Part shown: piece by piece, positions 33,997 to 45,054 of the stretch
Layout of the letters: each line of letters starts with the position of its first letter
How positions within the stretch are numbered: position 1 is the stretch's first letter
NCBI GenBank assembly: GCA_000091205.1
Contig: AP006486.2
Direction: 5' to 3' (one strand)
Length of the DNA: 64,000 nucleotides
From: Cyanidioschyzon merolae
Taxonomy: Eukaryota
Notes under the pieces: generated by a model
The model's database searches: none
Seen by the model: the letters and a program-made list of their open reading frames with translations, nothing else
What the model was told of the DNA's origin: nothing
Program-made: the position numbers and the translations under genes

Positions 33997-36600
33997 TCAT
34001 GCGACAGTCGTCGGGCTTTCTTGAAGCAGATCATCTCCCTGCAGCAGATGCTCTGCAGCTTCCAGCACCTGTTCGTATCGGTAACGCCCCTGCAAACAGC
34101 CGAACAGCGGGTGCGCCTGTAGTTTCATGGATAGTATCTTTGGTGAGGTGGCGCCCCATGCGAAGCGAGCCAACAACCGCGAGCAAGTGCGTAGCACCGG
34201 CACTTGCACAATGAGCTGCTGCCATTTCTCGTCCGCGAGTACTGCATTCAGAGACTCCAGTTCGGTACTGCCGCCATTGAGGATGCGTTCACGAAGACGT
34301 TCCATTCCGGGCGTTTCACCCAGCGCACCCTCTGCGGCGAGACATAGCTCACAGCGACCGCACTTGTGCACCAGAATCTCATTGTAGTGGGCGCATAACG
34401 AGCGGGCAAAACAACGAGAGCCCCGGCTCGCAACCCATTTGTTCCCCGGCCTAGGTTCTGCTCCGAGGAAAAGCGCCGCAGTGGTGCGAATCCGAAAAAG
34501 CTCTTGCTGTTCACGTCGGAGCATGGAGCGGTAAAGATCGTCCGCAAGCTGCTGCATATCACTCGGCTTCGCCACAATACGAAATACGTGATACAGATGG
34601 CTGAACTTGATACTTCTAACGATACCCAAAGACTGGAGAAGCTCGAGAGCAGAGTAGACAAGTTCCCGGGTGGTCGCTCCAGACGGCACGGGATGCGCAA
34701 ATGCCGCCGTTCGTGCTCGCACGACATCGTGGATATCGATCCGCATGAATAGGTTGTTGTCGCTGGTGCGACGCCGGCCAACCTTCACAGACGGATTCAA
34801 GATGAGCCGGGCCGCTCGCCAAACCCCTTCGGGCACAGAGACATCCCTCCTCAGGAGGTGCAAGGTCTCCTCGACACTCGTATTCGGCAGGAGATCGACC
34901 TCGCAGTGAGCGTAGTAGGCAGTTTGTTCCTCAATAAATCCTCCTTTCAAATCCAAGAAAGCAAGCAAAACCCGAATAGTAGTTTCCTCAATATCCAGCG
35001 CTCTTCCGCAGTTAAAGAAAGAAAGCGCCACCTGATCTTCGCGCACAGCGATCTTCTCCATGTACCGAATGTTCGGGCTTTCGGGAGCGTTAGCGCTAGC
35101 CGTCATGTGCTCCTCCGCGAGACCTACAGTGCTGCCAAAAAGCGACTCTAGAAGCGTATGAACAGCTCGGCGAGATGGGGTGCTGCTCAGCACAAAACTC
35201 TCGAGGGCGGGCAGATCATCAGCGCAGAGGAAAAGTTCACAGATGGCGGGTTCTCCATCGCGCCCCGCGCGTCCAATACTCTGTGTGTAGGCCTCGATGC
35301 TCTTACTGATGTTAAAGAGGTAAACGTAACGGACCTCTTGCTTGTGAATGCCCATTCCAAACGCGATAGTGGCCACAATAATTGTATCTCGCCCGCTCAT
35401 GAAGATGTTTTGGGCCGAAGCTCGCTCCTCTGTCGTCATGCCGGCATGGTAGGCAACCGCAGGAAGGCTGTACATGGTGACCAGGAGCTCCGCCACTGCC
35501 GTCGCAGTCTTCTGCGTCGTGACGTACACGATGGTGCTTCCGCGCGGTCGGGACAGCAAGCGTTCCACGAGTAAGAATACCCGCCGCTCCAGGCGCCCAT
35601 CCTTGTCGGTATCGGGTGACCAGGTTCCGAAGAATTCGCCTACAGGCGTACAGCGTAGCGTCAAGTTCGGCCGGTGCACACTCGCACGGATCACGTTCTC
35701 AGAATGGATATGGAAATGACGACAGATGTCGTCTACAACGCGTGTGGTCGCGGTGGCGGTTAGCGCCAGACAGACTCTGGCACCCGCGCCCTGAGCGAAC
35801 TGCCGCAGGAGCAGATACTCGGGACGAAATGTGTGGCCCCATTCGGAAAGGCAGTGCGCCTCGTCGACGACGAAGAGTGAGACCTGCAGTCTTGCAATGA
35901 CTTGGCGGAATTTCTCATTCACAAAGCGCTCGGGTGCGACGAACAGAATGCGTATGGCACGTTCACTGAGCAGCCGATAGGTTTGCCGCACCTCTGGGGC
36001 CGACATCCCTGAATGAATATGCATCGCTGGGATACCCTGGTTCTGGAGCATCTCGACATGGTCACGCATGAGGGCGATAAGTGGAGAGACCACCAGCGTC
36101 AGTCCATCGAGCAACATTGCAGGGACCTGGAAACAGAGCGATTTACCGCCGCCAGTGGGAAATATCGCCAACGAAGAGTGTCCCTGTAAAACGCGCAGAA
36201 TCACTTCTAGTTGGCCCGGCCAAAACTCCGATAGACCAAAGTGCTCCTTCAGACACTTCATCGCGCGCAGTGCCTGAGCCTCCATATCTGATGAGCCGTC
36301 TCCAGCGCTCTGACTCGGAGGCGCTCGCGGAGGCGGTGGCTGCGGCCTCTGGTAGGGCGCACCTCTCGCCCCAGAAGCGGACTGCCAAGGCGTTCGTGTG
36401 CCGCGCTTTGAAGCGCCGGCACGACGGTACTCTTTCGGGAAGAACTTGTAGCGATCATAGTTTGTTGCATCCCGACAGACAAGGGGCTGTCGCTGAGCGT
36501 TCGATCCGCGGGCTCGTTGACGCTCACCAGCGGCGAGCTCCTGCCATTTATGTACCAGCGCGTTGTGGATAAAACCACCGCATTTGCACAACGCCCACAT
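33997..36600 (-). CDS. RecQ-family ATP-dependent DNA helicase
   Basis: Motif 0/I 'FWPGQLEVILRVLQGHSSLAIFPTGGGKSLCFQVPA', 'LVVSPLIALMRDHVEMLQNQGIPA' and DEAH box 'FVVDEAHCLSEWGHTFRPEY' are present, followed by helicase-C 'VYVTTQKTA...AYHAGM' and 'IHKQEVRYVYLFNISKSIEAYTQSIGRAGRDG'. Confidence 0.9.
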   Translation of the reverse strand: MWALCKCGGFIHNALVHKWQELAAGERQRARGSNAQRQPLVCRDATNYDRYKFFPKEYRRAGASKRGTRTPWQSASGARGAPYQRPQPPPPRAPPSQSAGDGSSDMEAQALRAMKCLKEHFGLSEFWPGQLEVILRVLQGHSSLAIFPTGGGKSLCFQVPAMLLDGLTLVVSPLIALMRDHVEMLQNQGIPAMHIHSGMSAPEVRQTYRLLSERAIRILFVAPERFVNEKFRQVIARLQVSLFVVDEAHCLSEWGHTFRPEYLLLRQFAQGAGARVCLALTATATTRVVDDICRHFHIHSENVIRASVHRPNLTLRCTPVGEFFGTWSPDTDKDGRLERRVFLLVERLLSRPRGSTIVYVTTQKTATAVAELLVTMYSLPAVAYHAGMTTEERASAQNIFMSGRDTIIVATIAFGMGIHKQEVRYVYLFNISKSIEAYTQSIGRAGRDGEPAICELFLCADDLPALESFVLSSTPSRRAVHTLLESLFGSTVGLAEEHMTASANAPESPNIRYMEKIAVREDQVALSFFNCGRALDIEETTIRVLLAFLDLKGGFIEEQTAYYAHCEVDLLPNTSVEETLHLLRRDVSVPEGVWRAARLILNPSVKVGRRRTSDNNLFMRIDIHDVVRARTAAFAHPVPSGATTRELVYSALELLQSLGIVRSIKFSHLYHVFRIVAKPSDMQQLADDLYRSMLRREQQELFRIRTTAALFLGAEPRPGNKWVASRGSRCFARSLCAHYNEILVHKCGRCELCLAAEGALGETPGMERLRERILNGGSTELESLNAVLADEKWQQLIVQVPVLRTCSRLLARFAWGATSPKILSMKLQAHPLFGCLQGRYRYEQVLEAAEHLLQGDDLLQESPTTVA

Positions 36601-36919
36601 ATAAAGTCACACAGTAACGCCAGCTCAGTTCCAACTCGTCGATCCTACTGCGTTGCGGGCATTTTGCTATGTTCGGCCGTTTACGACACCGAAACTATGA
36701 TGAACGCGACCTGCGCCTAGCGCTGGAAGCGCGTCCCACGGCATCGTGGTACTGGTGAGGTGCATTCTCGACAGCGCGTTGAACAGCAGCACTTCTTTGA
36801 GTCGTTCAACTCAGGTTTGTTTCATCACTGCTGGAGCGTATAGCAGGAGATCGGCATTACGATGCAATGTAGTGTATATATTGTATACGATTTGAATGTA
36901 GGATATATGCTTTACGGAA

Positions 36920-38040
36920 TTATGCACGGAGGACTACGTTCCTCCTTCAGGTCAGTCGTACCCCAGTACTCTGACAACTGGGGAACACTGAAAGGAGCAA
37001 TTATATGTGCACAGCGGTAAAAACCGATACTCTCACAACCTGCTTTGGTTCAGTGGTAGAAAACAACCCGTGGATCAACTTATAGGAAGCAAAAGCGACG
37101 ATTGTAGATAACACAAGCGTCACTGTGCCTCAATAGTTTGTTGGTATGGTACTGAAATCACTGGGATAACGTCACATTAAAAGTCCAATTTCATTCAGAG
37201 CCATCTTCCTCGGACGTCACTACGACAGAATTCCCCGAAAGACGCTATCGATATGAAGCACAGGGACATCGGTTTGTTCTGTCAGTCGATGAGACGTCTT
37301 TCCCACGAGACCGTCCCAGCATATATCGGTATTTGCCGAGAGGAAACCAATTGAATATAAGATCGAACTCGAATAGAAGGCTCATACCACAGCATTCCAT
37401 TTATCCAACCATTGATGACGCTTTCCACGTCTGACAACGTCCTTCTCTTGCACATCGTTGCCTTTCATCGTTCCCTTCGCATTCTTGTTTTTGCGAGTTC
37501 TATCTTCCGGAACTCCTTCTCCCTTGCTGAAAGGTCCTCACCTAAGTCCATTATGAGAGGCGTTCATTTTAAAGCAATAAAAAATCCGTGGGATAGAGAT
37601 GGACATGGAATTCGAGGATTCTGGAGGGCACCAATCGCCAGATTCGACAAAGAAACGAAAAAATTTTCTTCTCGCTGATCATCGAGTGAAGAGGAGCGAG
37701 TAACGAAGAAGAAGAGAGGAGATAGACGAGAATATTTGTTTGCCCGACGGAGCGACGACGAGACCATTGTGGCACAGAGGGCACGAGTTCTAGGAATTCT
37801 TGAATGCATGAATTCGACCAGCGGCAATATATGCAAGGAGTTCATGAACTGAGACTTCATGCCAGCCGACAAGATCAGGAGATGAGTGGGACTGAAGCCG
37901 CAACCCGAAAAGGTGACGCGACTGAATTCTATGGGACAGCCTCCCAGACTCCAATTGTACCTGGATAAACTGAAACCGATACCAGGTGGCCGCTCGAAAA
38001 AGGGAGACGTCTGCAGATCGATATTCGGTTACGCTACGAG
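36920..38040 (+). mobile_element. Degraded third copy (copy C) of the TnpB/Fanzor-like repeat unit
   Basis: 36920-37320 aligns with 8990-9400 at the nucleotide level, e.g. 'cacggaggactacgttcctcc...aaaaaccgatactctca...ggaagcaaaagcgacg...cagccatcttcc'. 37900-38040 encodes 'MGQPPRLQLYLDKLKPIPGGRSKKGDVC', homologous to the C-terminal tails of the other copies ('MGQPLKLEVCRTKLKP', 'GGRSKKLGRVC'). Confidence 0.5.
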
Positions 38041-38283
38041 ATCGTGAAACGTTCTTCGGCTAACCGTACCCCTTGAAGGCTTTCTCTGAGCGTGTGTACA
38101 GTGCACTGTGACAGCCACCACGGTGCTGACGAGTGCACTAGGAAGCAGTTTACCAGCGAAGTTTTGGAGCAGAGCTTGACGTACGAGCTCACTCGAGAGC
38201 CAGCGTGCTCTGATTCGCTAGTGGCTCCTGGTGCACCTGGAGCGTAATATTGAATAGAGGCTTTTTAACGAAAGCGCCGGGTA

Positions 38284-39354
38284 ATGTTCACACAAGCGAA
38301 CTTGCCGCTTGTTCGTCGAGGGTTTGCGTTACGTAGCGAGATTCCGGAACAGTGTTGCCCAAAACGGAGGTTGATTGTTTCGAGACCCAGTCGGGCAGCT
38401 TGGAGTCGCAAGTCACTGTTAGTACAACAACGGTCTGGCGTTGGTACGCTGTCTGCGCGGAGTTCTGTCCAGTTTGATCCAACCGAAGACTATTACGCAG
38501 TTTTAGGAGTGGAAAGCGACGCAGACCTGGCAACCATCAAGCGAGCATATCGCCGACTAGCCTTGCAGAACCACCCTGACGCGAATAAGGATCCGCAGGC
38601 ACGCGAGAAGTTCATTCGCATTCTGCGTGCTTATGAAGTGCTATCGAATGAGGACGCCCGCAAGCAATATGACTTGCAACGTCGCTCGCCGGGTTCGGGG
38701 CCTTTCTGGGGCATCGGAGGTCCTGGCGCGCAGCGGCGACGTTCCAGCAGCACCGAGGAGTACCCCGAGGACTTGAATGATTCTTTTGGAGCTATTTTCT
38801 CGGATCTTATGGAGCAGCTCGGACGTCTTTGGCAGGAGGGCACAAAAGAGAATGGTATTTTTGCAGATTTTGTCGAATTTCTAGAGAGCCAGGGTGCCAA
38901 TTGGGGCTCCCTGCGGAATGAGGACCTCAATAGCGTTCTCACTTCGAGTGATGAAGACGTTCTCCAAGCAGAACTGGATGATGCTCGTTTCGTGCGTGAG
39001 CAATGTGAGCAGCGACTACGCTTGCTTCAAAATTCTCTAGAACTCACCGAGCGGCGACGCGCGGAGCAGGAGCAACGAGCGAAAGATGCACATCTAAGTG
39101 CAGGAACCCAGCAGGAGGCCCGGTCTAAGGTGCATGAGCTCTCGCTGGAGGCGCGGAGACTTCAGTCTCGTATTCGCCAGGTTCAGTCCCTGATTGCTCG
39201 CCAGCGCTCCCGCGAGGGGTTGCTGCAGTCCCGTTTGGATGCAATTCGTCGCGTACAGGAGGCCCGTGCTGCTTCTGAGGAGAAAGTTCGGAATCTGAGA
39301 AGCGAGGTGGAGGAGGAATTGGAGAAATTGAAAAGGGACTTGGGCAAGCTCTGA
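38284..39354 (+). CDS. DnaJ (J-domain) protein with a C-terminal coiled coil
   Basis: The J domain 'DYYAVLGVESDADLATIKRAYRRLALQNHPDANKDPQAREKFIRILRAYEVLSNEDARKQYD' carries the HPD motif. The N-terminal region looks like a presequence. The C-terminus is heptad-rich (EQEQRAKDA...LQSRIRQVQSLIARQ). Confidence 0.85.
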   Translation: MFTQANLPLVRRGFALRSEIPEQCCPKRRLIVSRPSRAAWSRKSLLVQQRSGVGTLSARSSVQFDPTEDYYAVLGVESDADLATIKRAYRRLALQNHPDANKDPQAREKFIRILRAYEVLSNEDARKQYDLQRRSPGSGPFWGIGGPGAQRRRSSSTEEYPEDLNDSFGAIFSDLMEQLGRLWQEGTKENGIFADFVEFLESQGANWGSLRNEDLNSVLTSSDEDVLQAELDDARFVREQCEQRLRLLQNSLELTERRRAEQEQRAKDAHLSAGTQQEARSKVHELSLEARRLQSRIRQVQSLIARQRSREGLLQSRLDAIRRVQEARAASEEKVRNLRSEVEEELEKLKRDLGKL

Positions 39355-40594
39355 GAGCAGAACGAACCGTCGCAGTGGTTATCGTTCCTTCTTGCAATCC
39401 GCAGCAGCGTACCATACGTGCTTGCTCGGCACGCCGGCGTCATAGATCTTGGCGCGAGGCATTGCAAGAGATGTAACTCGCTGCGTTGCTGGATGAGTAG
39501 AAGCATCACAAGCGACTCGCTTAGTCCACAAAGGGTATTGCGACAAGCGCGCAATCGATGAACGATCAAAGACGGTGCAAGCAGCGCATTTTCAGAAGCC
39601 AGCATTGTTTGCAACTGCGCATGTGGTGATCGAAATGCTGCTTTGTGCTCGTTGAGCATCGGGTTGCAGATAGGCCTGCTGAATACGAATGTACAGAGGG
39701 GTTATCAAAGTCGTGGAACTGGAAGCTCGGAAGCCAGCGATGCTGCTGCTGCTGCTGCTACGTATCTCTGGGTGCTGCAGACACACGCGGTGTCCAGCGA
39801 TCGATGAGGCGATCTGCATATCCTCCCCTCGTTTATAGAGTAGATTTGCGATGTGTGTAGCGCCAACGCAAATCTGTAAATTCGCTCTTACTGCAGATAC
39901 TCGGCAAAAGGGTCGCACACTCGCGCTAGAATGCAAGAGCTAAACCAACTCGAACAGGCGCGCCTCTGACCTGAAGTAACGAGGCATTACTACGGGAAGA
40001 CACTCATGAACAGCGAATTCGCATTCCGAAATGCGTGGCAAACGGATCGCTCTCGCCTAGCCCGTATCATGCACCGTACCTGCAAGCGACGTTCATGCTG
40101 GCTTTTCGTAAGGTGCTCTAACCGGCTACGAGCATAGCACTCTTCTCGTGCAGCAAAGCAGTGTAAGGTGTCCAGCGCGTTCGCTTCGAGTACCGATCGT
40201 GCGCATATGGACTATTCCTGACATGAAACTCCGAGCCCTAGGCCGCAGTTCCCAGATCAGCATTTGATATGCAAGACGCTCCGTGACAGCCGCCAGTATC
40301 ACTCTACGGATCACATATTGGATCAGAAGGGAACGCGCATGAGAGCGCGTGGTTCCCACGGCGCCGAAGCAGCATGCTCCGCCCGCACATCATGAGGTAT
40401 CTGTGCTGTGGAGCCGCCAGCACCCCGATGTCAGGGCAGCAGCGCGAACTCGCGGCTTTTGTGGAGTCTGCGCACTCCGGGACACACCTGCAGGGTCATG
40501 GACACGGCAACAACAGCCACCGTGTCTGGCGGAAAGCCACAACACCACTTTTTTGGTTTGTCGAGGAGAATTTCGTTTCCGGTTTACAGCAACT

Positions 40595-41112
40595 CGCAAT
40601 GAGCGTACAAGGAATGCGCACGATGTTTTGTCGCAATACCGATACTTGAGTTCCGAACGTCGTATACACACCATGAGTTGGGATGTACACTTCAGAGGGT
40701 CGAGATGGAAAAGTGCCAGAGGAGTCCTGAGGAAATAGCAAAGTACGGACCGCTGACGGAGGAGCAAATGGAAAGGAGGGCAAAAGTGCGAGGACTTCTT
40801 GCACTGGTGAGTACAACGAATGATCGCAAGAAATGGATGGAGTTTGTGAATTGAGATTTTAATGCCGCTATCAATATCCGGAGATGTGCGGTGCTGGAGA
40901 GAAGACCTCCAGAGTCGACAAGACAGAACTTTGTTGGACACCCTCTCAAAGTGGAACTGCATGAGAAAAAATTGGAACCAGTAGGAGGTGGCCGGTCGAA
41001 TAAGAGTGGGAGGCGTCTGCACGACAGTTGGTGGCTTCTTGCCTAGGGCGGGCTTCTCGCCACTACTGTGCACTGCCGGCAGCAACGTTTTTCTTTTGAA
41101 AGGCATTTGTTG
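40595..41112 (+). mobile_element. 5'-truncated TnpB/Fanzor-like element copy (zinc-finger region through RuvC-III to the conserved 3' terminus), a pseudogene
   Basis: It is about 85-90% nucleotide identical to 44540-45054. It encodes '...VN*DFNAAINIRRCAVLERRPPESTRQNFVGHPLKVELHEKKLEPVGGGRSNKSGRRL' with in-frame stops. It ends in 'GGCAGCAACGTTTTTCTTTTGAAAGGCATTTGTTG' at 41112, 29 bp before the macro-domain ATG. Confidence 0.65.
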
Positions 41113-41140
41113 CTCGTGGGTGTGAGCGCCCGCAAGTACC

Positions 41141-41803
41141 ATGCGGGATAAGCTTGGCTTTCTCACGCCGTTCGGAATGAGCAGCAGTACGGTGTATCGC
41201 CTGCGTCCACCAGCACCTCAGACGACTCGGTTGGTACTGAAACAAGCCGACATCACTCGCGAAGCAGTTGATGCGATCGTCAATGCTGCGAACGAGCGCA
41301 TGCTAGGAGGTGGTGGCGTTGACGGCGCCATCCACCGAGCTGCTGGTAAAGAGCTACTGGAGGCTTGTAAGCGGGTACCCGAAAAGCGTCCTGGTGTGCG
41401 GTGTCCTACTGGTGAAGCGGTTCCAATAAAGATCACATGGCCTGTTTCCGAGGGGAACTTGCCTCAGGTGCGCTATATCATAAACACGGTGGGACCGATT
41501 TACCAGAACGCGGAGAAGAGTGCGCCACTTTTGCGCTCGGCGTATCGTAACTCCCTTCTCACAGCAATCGAGCACAACTGTCGATCAATTGCTTTTCCGA
41601 CGATATCTTGCGGCGTGTATGGATATCCTCTTCGAGAGGCCGCTCGAGTTGCACTCGAGGCAGTACAAGACACGCTCGGGGAATCACCGCAGCAGTCGTT
41701 GCAAGAGGTGCGTTTCTGTCTATTCAGTGAGGACGCCTTGAAGACGTGGACACTGGCTGCTGAGCAGCTTCAACTGGAACGCGTGAAAGAAGGCGCTTCA
41801 TAG
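41141..41803 (+). CDS. Macro-domain (ADP-ribose-binding / MacroD-like) protein
   Basis: 'DITREAVDAIVNAANERMLGGGGVDGAIHRAAG' together with 'YIINTVGP' and 'SIAFPTISCGVYGYP' form the canonical macro-domain signature. Confidence 0.85.
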   Translation: MRDKLGFLTPFGMSSSTVYRLRPPAPQTTRLVLKQADITREAVDAIVNAANERMLGGGGVDGAIHRAAGKELLEACKRVPEKRPGVRCPTGEAVPIKITWPVSEGNLPQVRYIINTVGPIYQNAEKSAPLLRSAYRNSLLTAIEHNCRSIAFPTISCGVYGYPLREAARVALEAVQDTLGESPQQSLQEVRFCLFSEDALKTWTLAAEQLQLERVKEGAS

Positions 41804-42709
41804 AAGTATGCTCCAGACATGCGTCTTTATGACAGCGCTATCGATATACCTTGAGTCGCTGCCTCAACCGATATGCGCCTGGCATGCTCAAGCACTTGCA
41901 TAGATGCCAAGTGCGGAACCTGGTGTTTTCGTTGCTCCAAGTCGACTTAGGGTTCCGGTGGAAGGTGCTCCTTCTGTTGAAAAGCGGACGTACACTAGTA
42001 GCAGAATTCAAATCAGTTCCTTATTCCAGCGTCCGTGCGGCATGCATAACAAGCAAAGGGAATAAACGTATATCCGTGCTTGGGAACACTACCGTACCTA
42101 GTTTGTCTACGATCAATAATACTAACGAAACACTTAATGACTAGTGTGACGCATACCTCATCCGCCCAAGCGTAAGCCGCAGCGAAAACTACGCGTGTGC
42201 TGGAGTCATCGAGGGGTTTCGTGCCGGGCCCCAGCGACCCGTTGTATTACAGGGCGGTACTGCTATGGGCAGTAGTGTCGGCACCAGCGACAGAGCCTAG
42301 CGCAGGGGATCACTCTATGTGAGTTTCCGATCTAGGACACCTGATTTCCGCTGCAGTGCGTCGGTGAGAACACGCATGTGCTAATGCGACGTCGGACACG
42401 TGTCCTTCATCGATCCGTGTAGCGTCTCGCGAGGTGCACGCATCGCGCTCAGTGAGTGCACCTGGCAGAACTGGCACTCAACTGACACGACGCGCATGCC
42501 GCCGCCGTTGAAGGGAAACGCAATCTTGATCTCTAGCGTGTAGCTCTAACGTAACAGTTGTATTTTCGTTAATTTCATAGCCAAGTATAGTTTTCAGTTC
42601 GATTGTGTTTCAACCCTCAAGTAAAAATATTCGATTGATTTGTTGCAGTATATAACAGAAGCGTTTAAAGAGGTTTCTTTTTCAAAAAAAAGACTGAAAA
42701 AGGAAAGTT

Positions 42710-45054
42710 ATGGAAAAGCAAGTCGATGATCCTGGAGCTCAGTGTCGCTGGTTGCCAGAAAAACAAAAAAAAACAGTGCCGAGTCCAGAAGAAAAGGAAG
42801 AGAAAAAGAGGCAAAAGGGGGATGCCCTACGTCGAAGGCTGCAAGAAAGACGACTTTACGACGAGATGATGGTGGAAGCCTGCCTTCTTCATTATATCGG
42901 AGATCCGTAGCAGGCAAACTTGCGAGACGCTATCAGAAACCGTGTCGACTCATACTCCAAGAGTATTGTCAAGGCGTCTTCAGGACTGATGCATGTAGCA
43001 ATGGAGGTGTATCGCGAAGTAACGGACATCGACACAGTCAAGATTCCGGAAGATTTTTTCAACAAGACATTTATTCGCCACCTTATCTTTGGTACAGGGG
43101 AAACGTCGAAGAGAAATGAGCGAGTGCATGCCCTCCACTGAAATCACCCCGAATACCGCTTCGATCGTACTCGGTTCAGGGGAGACGGGCATATTTACAC
43201 CTCCGGTGCGATGAAGTACCTCACGATCGTGAAGAAGCACTTGACGATGAACCTGGAACGTTTCATGACACGCGCCGTGTTTGTGCTGTGCCCGGGCCTC
43301 TCTCGCAAAGGAATATGGGCGGTTATCAATGGCATCACGAACGATAGTAAGAGCGAAAGAGAGATCGAATTCATCGGCAAGAAGCCGTCACGCAGGAGCA
43401 CAAATGAGGATTCCGTCATCCGTGCGGTCATAGAAGAGCACCGTGCAGTCTTGGGGTTGGCGAATCAAACAGACAAGATATCAGAGTTGAAAAAAGGATA
43501 GGGAAAGATACTATCGCCTCATCCTGCGCTATTTCGTGTTTCTGGACCGAGGGCTATAACGCAAGGCAGAGGTGCAGCTGAGTGAGGGAAAAAAATGAAG
43601 AGTGGGAGAGACGGAAGGCTGTCCTAATGGAGAAGCGCTTCAACGTGGTTCCAATGTGGAAAGTCAAGTCACATTTTGTGACTATCGACTCCAGCGTCCT
43701 TTACGGCATCACCTAGGAGATCAGTCCGGAGTTCATTGTCAGCAGGGAGAACTTCACCCGCGAAAACCTGGAGACATACTGGAAGAATATCTTCAATTTC
43801 AAACGTCTGAGAGTGAGCAAGCAAAAGTTGTTCACTGGGATGGTCGAAACCGATGGAGTAGCCATGTGTGTACACTATCGGCGGTTGAAGAAAGACCGTC
43901 CAGTTCCGCCCTCGGCTGCGCCCGTGACGAAGGATGAAGAAAAGGAGGAGGCGGATCCTGCAACGCAGGAGGTAGAGAATAACGACCTTGTCGTTGATGC
44001 GGCGAAGCATGAAGATGAGAAGGAGGCGGGTCCTGAGACGCAGAAAGTGCAGAATAACGACCTTGTCGTTGACGCGGACCCTGGGAATACGAATATCATA
44101 ACCATCGCTGTACCCAAACGTGCGGAAGATAGCACTGACGGTAACTTACGTCAGAAAGACATGCGTCTGTTGAGACTCTCGAGAGCGAGATACTATCGCG
44201 AATCCGGTATAATGATTCTAAGGTAGAAAATCGAGACGAAGAATGCAGGAATGAAGGATCACTTTGAGGCTTTGAGCAAGGTGATGGGCCGCGGAGCGGA
44301 CTGTAAAGCTTTTCGGAAATTCATGAAAGTTCGCGTTGCTCATTGGGATGCCTTGTGGGAGGAGTATGCCAAGCCCCGGTGGGTTCGTTTGCGTGTGAAT
44401 CTGTATTGCGGGAAGCAGCGTGCATTCGCGAACTTTTTCAATCAGTTGAGTGCCCTGAAGGAGGATGAAAATCAGAGGCTCGTAGTAGCGTATGGAGCAG
44501 GGCGATGGAAGACCCAAAAAGGGACTACGCCAGCTCCAACGACAAGAACGTACAAGGAGTGCGCCGGGCGTTTCGTCACGATACCTGTAGATGAGCTCCG
44601 AACATCGTATACACACCATGAACTGGGGTGTACACTTCAGTGGGTCGAGATGGAAAAGCCTCAGCGGAGCCCCAAGGCTATAGCAAAGTACGGACCGCTG
44701 ACGGAAGAGCAAATGGAAAGTAGGGCGAAAGTTCGTGGATTGCTTGCACTAGTAAGTACAACGAATGACGGCAAGAAACGTATGGAGTTTGTGTACCGAG
44801 CTTTTAACGCCGCTATCAATACACGGAGATATGCGGTGCTGGAGACGAGACCTCCAGTGTTGACACGAGAGAACTTTGTGAGACAACCGTTTAAAGTGAA
44901 ACTATATGAGAAACAATTGGAAGCAGTAGTTGGTGGCCGATCCAAAAAACTGGGACGCGTCTGCACTTTAGTTGGAGAAGTTTTGTCTACGGCGGGTCGC
45001 TCGCCATTACTGTACACTGGCGGCAGCGTTTTTCTTTTGAAAGGCGTTTGTTAT
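42710..45054 (+). mobile_element. Near-full-length TnpB/Fanzor-like (OMEGA-family RuvC nuclease) element, coding region disrupted
   Basis: Frame 2 (42710-43501) is interrupted by TAG and TGA. It switches to frame 0 (43602-43937) and then frame 1 (43813-45201), where an in-frame TAG at 44224 splits the ORF. Frame 1 carries RuvC-I '[17 protein letters not shown]', RuvC-II 'RFVTIPVDELRTSYTHHELG' and RuvC-III 'EFVYRAFNAAINTRRYAV'. The 3' terminus is shared with the 40.6-41.1 kb copy. Confidence 0.7.

Noticed and set aside
37040-37080. tRNA-like D-arm sequence 'tggttcagtggtagaaaac'
   Set aside because: There is no matching acceptor stem, anticodon arm or T-loop (GTTCGAATC-type) nearby. It lies inside the repeat-family 5' region (homologous to 9100-9140) and is not a tRNA gene.
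44224-44226. The in-frame TAG inside the Fanzor-like ORF as evidence of stop-codon reassignment (TAG sense codon)
   Set aside because: Well-supported host genes in the same window terminate with TAG (KCS at 15744-15746 rc, ABCC at 53836-53838 rc), TGA (RecQ) and TAA (ABCG), so the standard code applies. The TAG is most simply a nonsense mutation in a decaying element.
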